Origin: Isurus oxyrinchus
Lineage: Eukaryota
NCBI GenBank assembly: GCA_026770705.1
Contig: JANJGN010000021.1
Span: 79,670,001-79,734,000 of the forward strand
Reading direction: 5' to 3'
Length of the DNA stretch: 64,000 nucleotides
The translations under genes were made by a program, and so were the position numbers. This document shows positions 29,401-41,400 of this stretch, in pieces (within the stretch, counting starts at the first letter, position 1; each line of letters begins with the position of its first letter). Below the pieces are notes generated by a model. It worked only from the letters and a program-made list of their open reading frames with translations. It ran no database searches and was not told the DNA's origin.

Positions 29401-32400
29401 CTCTCTGCAATTTTATGCTGGGACATGTCTTGCCCCTGCCCCAACTGAGGCCTTAAGTAGCCAATTATTGATCACCTAAGGGCCATTTCCCAATCAGCCT
29501 CAATTTTCAGGCTGGTGGGAGGAGTTCAGGGGTGGGGGGGGATGAAGCCTGCAAATAAACCAGGTTCAGGTCTCATGCGGAGGACGAGGGGCACCTCCAT
29601 CAGCTGCCTCCTTCTAGCATCACCTCCGCACACCCCGCATCCCACCCCATATGGTCTGATCACCACAGAACCTCCCTCACCGCCCGTCCCTCCCCACCAG
29701 CCTCTCTGACACCCCAATCCCCCTCTGCCCACTCCCCCTGGCCTCACCGTCCCTCTCCTCCCTGAGACCCCCAAAACTTAGCGCGTCCTGGACTCCCAGG
29801 ACTTAGGCTCCGTGGACTGTTTGCAGTCCCATTCCTGTCCAGTGTCGCTTCTGGCACTGCAGGGACTAGAGCGCTGCCAAACAATCAGATTGACTGGCAG
29901 CTCTCTAAGGCGGGACTTCCTCTTGAGCGACAGGCAGAAATCCTGCCTCCAGCCAATTAACATTTGGAGTGTTAAATGGCTGCAGGGCAGGCAGTGCCCC
30001 ACGGATGTGTTCACCGCTGACTCTTCAGATGGTAGGAAGGGAAATACCGCCATTTGAAAAATCCTGGCCCATATTCCTTAAAATCAGTTACTGTCAGATT
30101 TACCAATCTCAGATTTAAACTTAACAATTGATCTAGCACAAATTGCCCTTTATGGAAGACAGCACCAAACCATCTACCATCTTTTGTATGTAGAAGTACT
30201 CCCACCTTTATTCGTGAAAGGTCTGGCTCTAATTTTTAGGCTATGCTCCCTGGTTTTAGATTCCTTAACTAGCAGAAGTTTCTATCTCCCCTGTTCCTCT
30301 TAATAACTTGAAAACTTCAATAAGATCACCCTTAACCTTCTAAAGTTCTGGGAATATAGCCCTTGTTTGTTTAACCTCTTGCGGTCCAGTTATCATTCTA
30401 GTCAATTTACACTGTCCTCCCTCCAAGGTCAATACATCCTTCCTATGGCGCAGAGCCCAGGACAGCTCCCAGTATTCCAGGTGAGGTCAAACATGACTTT
30501 GTAAGGCTGAAACATGACTTCTATCCCAGTGGGAGGTCTGGTGACACAGTGGTAGCAACCCTGCCTCTGAGCCAGAAGCTGCCAGGACTTGTCGGCCACA
30601 GAAGCAGCATTAATAATGCGATTCAATGGGCTGGTAATCAGTCTGGGAATCCTTCCCCAAATGGAAAAAAGTGTGAAAATATGCTAAAAGAAACTTCTGC
30701 CCCCTTGTATTCTAGGCATGAAAGCCAGCATTCCATTAGCCTTAAGATGAAAGCAAAATACTGCGGATGCTGGAAATCTGAAACAAAAATAAAAATAGCT
30801 GGAAAAACTCAGCAGGGCTGACAGCATCTCTGAGAGGAATACAGTTAACATTGAGTCCATATAACTCTTCATCAGAACCTATGAATTTTTCCTGAGTTCT
30901 GATGAAGTCATACGGACTCAAAACGTTAACTCTGTTTCTCTCTGCAGATGATGTCAGAGCTGCTGAGTTTTTCCAGCTATTTTTAGTTTTGTTCCATTAG
31001 CCTTTTTGATTATTTTCTGTAGCTGTTAATAACATTTAATCATCTATGTATCTCAACCCCCAAGGCTATTTGGATCTCCATTGTTTCTAGTTTTTCACCA
31101 TTTATAAGTTCTATCGTTTTCAGGTCCAAAATGGATGACCTCAGATTTGCCTATATTAAAGTCTATTTGTTTCCCCATTTTTCAAAAAAAATATTGCTTG
31201 TCTACTTTTTCTCTTCTTGAGATAAATTTAAAAAAAGTCAAATTTAGTAACTAGTTTATGAAGTTTTCATGATCTCCTTTTGGCGTAGAGTCAAGTTTTG
31301 GATGGTTTGGTTTTAGTTCAAAACTCACCGAATATCTTGCTCTTTCTCAGAAATTGGTACAGTACATCAGACAATGAAATCTGAATTGGTTCACACTCTT
31401 TCCTGAGCTCATGATTAGTAGATTCTGCTCATCTTTTGGTTCATCCTGTGCTGGGATCATGTGATCTGTGAACATTTTCTTACCTTTCCATCAACTTACA
31501 TTGTTCCCTACTACATTTCCCATATCATATTTGTGGGGATTGTGAGGGGGGCTCAATCACAAGCATGCTCATTTTGCCTGGAACTGCATTCTCTTCTGAC
31601 TTTACAGTTTGTATTCAGCTTTTGTAGAACCAGACTCAAATGTGTCTTTAACCTTCTTTTCCTCTAAAGGTCAGCAAGTGTATACACGGTAGTAGAGTGT
31701 GGAATTGTTCTATACTTCAGCAAGAAATTAGTCAATCGCTGTCTCATAGTGAGTTTTGAACACCTATGGAGAATTTTTTTTTTGAATGCTTCTTTGACTA
31801 TCCTGACATATCTTCCAACTGCTCCATTTGATGCCAGGTAACAAAGAGGAGAGATGCTTATAATATTTTGCTAAATGAAATTTTGGAATGGAGAGAACAA
31901 AATTGAGGATAAGCTCCTCTAGTAAACCATGACAAGAAAAATAGACAGTAACTTGTCTATTGTGTGTTCAGTATTGATATTTTGATGTGTTTACTTTGAT
32001 CCACTTGAGTGACTATCTATGAGCACCCAGAAATCATTTTCCTTCTCACAAAAATCTACATGGATGCTTTGAAATGGTAAATAGGCCATGACCATGACTG
32101 AGTATTCCTGTGTTCAGAAACCTGCCAGAAACCTCTCTCTGAAGAACTAGGTCCCTCCACTCTATGACTCCACTTGGTGTGGCCTTGTTCACATGACAAC
32201 TCATTCAATGATTGTGGAACAGTTTCATTTGGTCATCTGTACACTGGTCAAACTCTGTTAATTCATTTAATGTCTGTTTGTAGATGATTTTTAACACTAA
32301 TTTTTGGAGTTTCAGCTACAATTTCAGTTGCAGTGTTTGGAAAGTCCTCACCTACTACCCCAGTTGTGAATTTTGCACCTTTGCAGCCTATCTCTGAGTC

Positions 32401-35400
32401 CTTATATATCAAACATGACAGTTTCAGCGACAGGATTCTTTTTCAAGCTGCGATATTTGATGTTGTACTTGTACAGTTCACTATAATGCTGTCATCATTG
32501 GTATTGCAGATTGGCTACAGTAAGCCCAGAATAGCTAGAGGTTTATGATCTATTAATGGGTGAAATTTCTGCCCAACAAAAACTGGTGAAACCTTTTGAT
32601 TCTAAAGATGATTTCAAATACTTCCTTTTCTATTTGTTCCTTATTGTGTTCACTCTTGGTCAGTGTACACAAAACAATTGCTATGGACTTCTCCTGTCCA
32701 TTATTCATCACATGACTGATCACTGCTCCAACTCCAGAGTTTGAAGCATCACATGCTAGCTTCAGGTCACGATTTGTATCACAATGAACAATAGTTGCAT
32801 CACCAGTCAAGCTTCTTGTTGTGCTTTAAACCATTCCCATTTCCCATCTTCAATAATTCATATAATGGAGCTAACACCGTTGTAAGCTCAGGCAGGAATT
32901 GTGATTAATATTGGGCCATGCTGAGTAAAGGAAGCTCAGACACATCTTTTGGCTTCAGAGCATCCCTATCTTTTCTTTCACTGGCTGTAACCCCTTTCCA
33001 TTGATTTTCAGGCCAAAGTACACGACCTTGGATTGCACAAAAGCGGCTTGCTCATTTCAACATATGATCATTGAGCCTTTTTAACACTTCATCCCACACA
33101 TGAAGGTTCTCTTCCTCTGTTGTGGTTACAATCAACACAATATTCCAATTGTACAAACACTGCAGCGCTCCTTGCAAAATCCTATCATTTGTAATTTGGA
33201 GCATTTTTAGAGAAGAATTCACACCATCAAGTAGCTTCATTTAGGAGTATAAGGCCATTAGTGTGTTTAGCGTGAGATACTGCTAACTCTCTCAATCCAC
33301 CTGGAGCTGTGCATAAGTGTAAAGCAAATTCAACATTATCAAAAGCTTGGAGCTCACTAACTCCACATACAAATCTTGGGAGGTTGGTAATGGATCTTGC
33401 TTATCACTATTGCCTGGCTGAATGTGACTTTGTAGTCCCTACATGTCTGATTTGGGCACAACAGTGCTACAATTGGGGTTGCCCAATCACTGTAGTCAGT
33501 TTTCACTTGCACACCATTTTGCTCTAGCTTCTTTAGCTCTTCTTCAACCTTGTTTTTGAAAGCATAAGGAACTGGCCTAGCTTGAAAAAGGCTTGATTTA
33601 GATGTGCACTTCCATGTTGATTATGCTTTTATAGCTGTCCTCAAAAATGTTGCTGTAGCTATTCAATAGCTAATCCAGCTTCTTGGTCATCTCAATTTTG
33701 AAGTCTACTATGAAGTCAGTTTTTACCCATTAACATTGATTTGTTGTCACACCTTGCAACAATAGTGGGCAACTTGAGGAACCTGCGTTTATATTGAACA
33801 CTGCACTCCATTTGTTCACATGTTTCTCACACCTAACCAGAGGACATAACATAAAAAATAGGAATAGGCCATTCAGCCCCTCAAGCCTGCCCTGCCATTC
33901 AATAAGATCATGGCTGATCTGCCTCAGGCCTCAACTCCTCTCACTGCCAGCTCCTCATAACCCTCAACTTCCCGATATTTCAAAATTCTATCTACCTCCT
34001 CTTTAAATACTTTCAGTGATCTAGCCTCCACAACTCTCTGGGGTAGAGAATTCCAGACATTCACTACCCTCTGAAAGAAGAAATTCCTTCTCATCTGTTT
34101 TAAATGATTGTCCCCTTATTCTGTAACTATGTCCCCTATTTCAAGATTTCCCCCAATAGTGGAAACACCTTCTCAACATCTATCCTGTCAAGCCCCCTCA
34201 GAATCTAGTATGTTTCAATAGATCACCCCTCATTCTTCTAAACTCTAATGATCAAAGGCCTAACTTAATTAGCTGTTCTTGATAAGTCAACCCCTTCATC
34301 CCAGGAAATCAGCCGAGTGAATCTCTTTTGAACTGCCTCCAATGCCAGCATATTCTTTCTTAAATACGGGGACCAAAACCTTACAAAGTGCTCCAGGTGC
34401 AGCCTCACCAACACCCTGTACAGCTGTAACTAAACTTCCCTATTTTTAAACTCCAACCCCCCAGCAATACAGGCCAAAATTCCATTTGCCTTCTGAACTA
34501 CTTGCTGCGCCTGCATGCTAACCTTTTGTGTTTCATGCACAAGAACACCCAGATCCCTCTGTGCTGCACATTTTTGGAGTCTCTCTCCATTTAAATAATA
34601 GTCTGCCTTTTGATTTTTCCTACCAAAATGCATGACCCCTCACGCTTTCGTACATTAAACTCCATCTGCCAAGTTTTTGCCCAATCACTCAACCTGTCTC
34701 TATTCCCTTGCAGATTCCTTATGTCCTCATCATGACATGCCCTCCCACCTACTTTTGTATCATCAGCAAATTTGGATATGTTACACTCTGCTCCCTCCTC
34801 CAAGTCATTAATATAGATGGTAAATAATTGAGGCTGTAGGACTGATCCTTGTGGCACTTCACTAGTTACGTCTTTCCCCTGAAAAAAACCCATTAATCCT
34901 GACTCTCTGTGTTAACCAATCCTCAATCCATGCTAATACATCGCCCCAATACCGTGAGCTCCTATCTTGTGCAATAACCTTTTATGTGGCACCTTATCGA
35001 ATGCCTTCTGGAAATCCAAACACACTACATCTACCGGCTCCCCTTTATCAATTCTGCTTGTTATATCGTCAACGAACTCTAGCAAATTTGTCAAACATGA
35101 TTTTCCTTTCATAAAACCACGTTGACTCTGTTTGATTGCGTTCAGCTTTTCTAAATGTCCTACTATTTCTTCCTTAATAATGGAGTCTGGTATTTTCCCA
35201 ATGACAGGTGTTAGCCTGACTGGCCTATAGTTTCCAGCTTTTTGTCTCCCTCCCTTCTTGAACAGGGGCATCACATTAGTGGTTTTCCAATCCTTTGGGA
35301 CCCTCCCGGAATCTAGTGAGTTCTGGAATATGTTGACCAATGCCTCCACTATCTCTGTAGCCTCTTCCTTTCAAACCCTTGGATGCAGGCCATCAGGTCC

Positions 35401-38400
35401 TGGGGACTTGTCTGCCTTCAGTCCCCTTAGTTTGTCAAATACTTTGTCCCTCATGATAGAGACTGTTACAAGCTATTTTCTCCCATTAGCTCCTTGCTTA
35501 TTTAATATCTTTGGAATGTTTATAGCGTCCTCCACCGTGAAGACCGATGCAAAATATTGGTTTAACTTATGTGCCATTTCCCTGTTCCCCATTATCAATT
35601 CTCCAGTTGTATCCTCCAAGGGTCCCACACTCACTTTAGCCACTCTCTTATATACCCGTAGAAGCTCTTGCTGTTTGTTTTTATATTTCTTGCCAATTTA
35701 CTTTCATAATCAATTTTCTACCTTTTTATTAGCTTTTTAGTCATCCACTGCTGAAGTGTGGTGGCCTAGACAAGTATAGGGAAGCAATTTAGTGCTAAAA
35801 GGGTTAACGGAGAAGTTAGAAGTTGAATTATATGCCTAGGCCTAAGAGAAAAATACTGCAACCTTGAGAAACAATACCATCTTGTCTGACCACAGTTGTA
35901 GGATGAGCCCTGAGACATTCCATTTTGTTCTTTCTCAGGCCGACTGTAATCGGAATCATGATAAGCAATTATGTAAGCGCAACATCTGTTGTGCTGGGAA
36001 TGAATATTTACTACTATATGCAAATAATTGGATAGGTTTGTGCAAAATTTACTGATTGGCCGTAAAAATGTTTTTAACAGGTCTACGAGACGGTACAATA
36101 GCTCTCGTTGTATTATTCTCCCTTGTGCACAAGTAATAAATGGGGTTTCTACGGATTAATGATGCCTCGGTGTGATTAATCTCTGACAGTTTCTTGGAGG
36201 TTCCACCGAGATGACTAATTCCTGAGGTTGAGTCACGGAGCGCCAGCGTTAGGACCTCGTGGTTCAAGGACTCCTCAGTCCACAGCAGCCTGATTTGGGC
36301 TTCTGGGGTTCATTGACCTGCGATCTGCCTTTGCCTGCCTGTGGCTGACTCTTAGGGTAAGTCATCTATTTAAATGTTTAGATTAGTTGTTGCAGTCCAG
36401 GACCGCTTTGGCCAGAGTGTACTCAGGGTTGGAGCCTTGTGGAGTTTAGATTTAGTTTAAGAGTGTACTCGGGGTTGGAGCCCCTGGAGTTTAGTTTCAG
36501 TATATACTTGGGGTTGGAGCCCCTGGAATTGGTACAGAGTGTGTGGGTAAGTGTTTGTGGTTTGGGGCCTGGGACCCCTTAAGCGTGTGAGTGAACTGAT
36601 TGGTGAAAGGTACCTTAGTAGTTAATTGGGGGTCGAGGACCCGCCAAGGACTGGCCTTTTGATTTTTTATTAGATTAAAAAAAGGGTAATATGGCATCAA
36701 AGAAACCCCAGGTTCCGCCTCCAAAGGAAACCCCAAATGCTTATTTGTATGTCCATTATGGACCTGAAAGTGTCCAACATGTTTCTTAATGGGTTAAGTG
36801 GACCCAAGGTAAGGGAGAGAACTTCCCACCAGATGGAACTTTTAATCGGGATAGAATTGAGCGCTTAGCATATGTTTTAAGGGAGGTAGAGAAGTCGGGT
36901 AAGAAGAAAGTGGGTTGGCCTGTGTATGTACAGTGGAAGGACGAAATGCAGATGATGAGTCGAGGAAAAGGAGTCAGGAATGTGAGAAAAAGCGAAAGCA
37001 AATTGATCATAAAGAGAAGTCCAGGATCCTGGTAGCACAGCCCCCAGCTCCTCTGTCGTCTGATGATGAGCTCAGCGATCGGGACTGGCCTGTCTACCAG
37101 TCCCCTCCTCCTTATGATGAGCATGAACAGGTTCCACCCCCGGCAGCAGCTGCCCTGCCAGCTCTGCCACCTCCTGGGGCGCGTCAGAACCTGATGGTAC
37201 TACCAGTGTACGAACCTGATCCCACTCCCAACAGAGACGGAACTCAGATCCAGCCCTCCCAACCGACCCTTCGTCCTCCGGCACTTGCAGCTGCCAATGA
37301 GAGCACACCCTAATCCTACAGGGGGTCAGATGCAAGTCTACTGTCCATGGACGCCTTCCGAATTACGGGCGATTGTTGAATCCACCCCCAACCCTAAAGA
37401 GGGAGTTGAGAAGTTTATACAGAAACTCGAAATTCTCCACAAATATCATCACCCCAATTGTGATGATATAGATGTGTTTCTTGATACTTGTCTGGGTACC
37501 CAGCGTTGGCGATCAATTCAGGAAAACCGTGAGTGGCCACCACTCGGCCCTCTTACCGCGGATCAGGAGACACAACTCTTCCAGTGCATTTGTGCGGCCT
37601 TGCGGAAGGCTTTCCCTGACATAGTTGATTGGCATAAAATCCACAGTACAGTGCAAAAACCCGACGAGGATGTTTGTGTTTACGATGAATGAGTCTGTTC
37701 TGTTTTTGTAAAATATTCTGGTGTTAATCCTCAGGATTCTGTTCCGGCCCTTGTTAATGCTCTGGTACAGGGATTACAGCCTGATCTTAAGAAAGCCTTT
37801 ACCCTTACTTGTATTGGGTGGGAGGGTAAGGAAAATCTTCAAGAAATTATTAGCACTCTCCAACATTGTGAGTGCCAATTGATCTGTTGCCAGAAATCCC
37901 CAAAGGAATAATGGCCCCAATGTTAGATGATCCAGCAGCACCAGTAGCAGCGCCTCCAGTGGCGACGCCTCAGCCACCGCCAACCCCGCCTCTGCCAGCA
38001 GCTCCACTCGCAGCGCCCACGCTGGCACCGGCCCCTGCATTTTACACTGCCCCTCAATTAGCTCCTCAGCCGCCCAACTTTTATAATTACCAACCACAAT
38101 CTGTTCTGTGGTCTCGGAATATGTGGCAGCCTAATTGGCAACAGGGCGCCCAGGGGAATCGACTAGCCAGGAAGAGGGAGAGGCCACCAGGTGAGACCAA
38201 GAGGGGGCGGCCGCTGGACTTGTTATAACTGTGGCCAGGAGGGTCATTAGGCCCGTACCTGCCCTCGGCCACCTACAGTTCCGCCGCAGGCGGCACCTCA
38301 GCAGGCGCCGGCCCCTCAGCCGATCCCTTACTCTGCCCCTCAAACCATCCCCTACTTGGTAGCTAACCCATTTGGGTCACTACACAATAGAGTTGCCGCA

Positions 38401-41400
38401 CCCTTTTACCTCTCATTACCGTTGAGGAACCCACAATCCCTTTGTCTGTTAATGGCCGTCTCTTGAATTTCCTTATCGATACTGGAGCGACTTATTCTAC
38501 CCTTCAGCCTGTCGAGGCTCCTGATGTCATCCCCTCTAGGGATTCAGTTTCCATTGCTGGGGTCTTGGGACAACCGCTTTCGCTGCCAGTTTCTGAAGAA
38601 GTGCCCTTTGACCTGAACGGAAGAAAAGGATCCCATCGATTCCTCCTTGGGGCTGACGTCACGGTCAATCTTTTGGGTCGTGAACTCCTCTGCAAACTCC
38701 GATGCACATTCGACTGCTCTAATAATTCTATCACTCTTCAAATTCCCAAGTCTACTTACTCCACAGTCATTGACCTTCTACAAGAAGAAACTTTGCGTCA
38801 GCTTCACGTTTGCTGGTGGAATTTCGGACATTGTGATTTATCCGATAAACTCAAGACTGCGCTACTCCAGCTTCTGACCGACCGCCATGTTTCCACCACG
38901 ATAGCCATCCACCCGACCCTGCAACACTGGCATCAGGATCTTTACTGTACAGCGCACTACTCTGCCTGCTCGGACCATCAGGATGCCCGTGAGGTAACAG
39001 GCCATCTGGGTGAGTGCTTTCTTTCTTTATCTTCCCTTTGCATCGGACCTGAAGGAGTTGCTGGTTCGTGTCCCTTCCTCCAGCTGCCCAACCACTTTTT
39101 CATGCCCGGGATGGTGCCCCTCAAGTTACCCTCTGTGTCTGCGCTGGGTATCAGGCCAGGGACCTTGGTCCTATGGTGTACCACCTTCAGTGCACAGATC
39201 CCCAAACATCTGTGGAACTGATGGATGGTTCCTGAATATCTATGATCAGGCTATCCAATTTTTTCCCTCTATGCCCCTTGAGTACCCTGCCTATTTTCAG
39301 CACCATGCTCTAGGCAGTGTAACCACTTGATGCCTCGGTAACTATCCCCGATACCTTGTGGGCAAAGGGTCCTAATGATGTTGGTCAGATATTATCAACA
39401 GAACCTTTTCGGGTGCGTTTGGATCCCTCTAAACCCCTCCCTCGGAAGGCTCAATATCCTCTTAATCCCGAAGCAATAGAAGGTATAAAGCCTGTCCTCC
39501 AAGACCTTTTAAACCCTGGTGTTGTTATTCCCACTGTTAGCCCCTGCAACACTCTTATACTCCAGTGCGGAAGCCAGGCAAGAATACCTGGCGTTTTGTC
39601 CAGGACTTGCAGGCAGTAAACGCTTGTGTGATCCCGGCTTATCCAGTGGTGGCCAACCTGGCTACTATACTTACCTGTGTTCCCTCTAACTCCACTTGTT
39701 ATACTGTTGTTGACCTCTGTGGAGCCTTTTTCTCCTTACCCATACACCCTGACTCTCAGTTTCTCTTCACCTTCACCTTTTATGGTATCAGTATACATGG
39801 ACCCAGTTGCCCCAGGGGTATACGGAGAGCCTGACCATTTTCTCTTGTGCCCTGCAGGCTGATCTCACTGATGTCTCCTTTTCTGGGGACTCTACTCTCC
39901 TTCAGTACGTCAATGACTTGCTTCTTTGCTCTCTGTCTGAGCAGACTTGTCTCAATGACTCCCTCACCCTTCTGAAAGCTTTAGCTGGTAAGGGCCATAA
40001 GGCCTCCCGTGAAAAGTTGCAGTTTTGCCGATCCCTTGTTGAATATTTGGGCCATGTTCTTGACAGCCCCGCTCGCCTCCTATCCAAACGCCGTGTCGAC
40101 AGCATTATCTCCCTTCCTCTTCCCTGCGCTAAAAAGGATCTGACTCATTTTCTTGACATGACGGGGTATTGTCGGCAGTGGATCCCTAATTAGGCCCTTG
40201 CAGGATCTCGCCATCTCTTCAGCCCCTGAGGACCTCGCTTGGGAGCCGGACTCCCAAGCCGCTTTTGCGGCTCTCAAGACAGCCCTTATTTCTGCCCCTG
40301 CCCTCGGCCTTCCTGATTATACTAAACCTTTTCACCTTTATGTTCACGAGCGTTGCGGCTTTTCACAGGGGTACTTACCCAGTCCCATGGAGCTACCCAG
40401 TGACCGGTTGCTTACTACAGTACTCGCTTAGATCCTGTTGCGCATGGTTATCCCTCCTGTATCCGATCCAGTGCGGCAGCCTACCTCACTGTTGTCACTG
40501 CCCAGTCCCTTACCCTTGGGTACCCTGTTGTTCTACATGTTCCCCATGCAGTCACGGTTCTCCTTAACCATTCGGCTACCCAACACCTTACCGCTGCCCG
40601 CGTCACCTGCTATGAGACAGCCCTTTTAGGGGATCCCTCATTGACTATTGTATGATACACCACTCTCAACCCAGCTACCCTGTTACCCAGAGGAAGACAG
40701 TGAGTCTCATGATTGCTCCACTATTGTCCAGCACTCCACCCTACCTTGTCAAGATCTGCAGGATCATCCTCTGTTAAATTCCGACCTCATCCTTTTTGTT
40801 GATGGCTTCTCTACTCGATCACCAAGCGGTGATTTACTTATTGGCTATGCTATTTGTGACTCTTACTCTGTTATTGAAGCATCTAGTCTCCTGTCACCCT
40901 GCTCTGCCCAGGCCATGGAACTTTTTGCCCTTACACGAGTCTGCATATTTGCTGCCAAACAATCGGCCAATATCTATGCCGACTCTCGATACGCTTTCGG
41001 CATGACACATGACTTTGGACAGCTTTGGAAACTCCGGGGGATTTCTCACATCAGCAGGAACCCCCGTCCGCCATGGGCAGCTCATCGCTAATCTTTTAAC
41101 GGCTATCCAGCTCCCCTCCTCCCTTGCTGTTATTAAATGCTCTGCCCTTTCACAAGGTAATGATTTTGTTTCTCTCGGTAATGATAGAGCTGATCGTGCC
41201 GCCTATGCGGCCATGGCCAGTCTCACTGGGTCTGTGGTTCCCCTTTGTTATCAGGCTGCAACCCCTTCTCCTGTAGCTAGTCTAACTGATCTTATTCACT
41301 TGCAGTCACAAGCATCTACCCGTGAACAAAACAGTTGGACTCAAGCATTGCGCGCACAACGCTCTGACGGCCTCTGGATTTCTCCTGATGGCCGTGCCTT

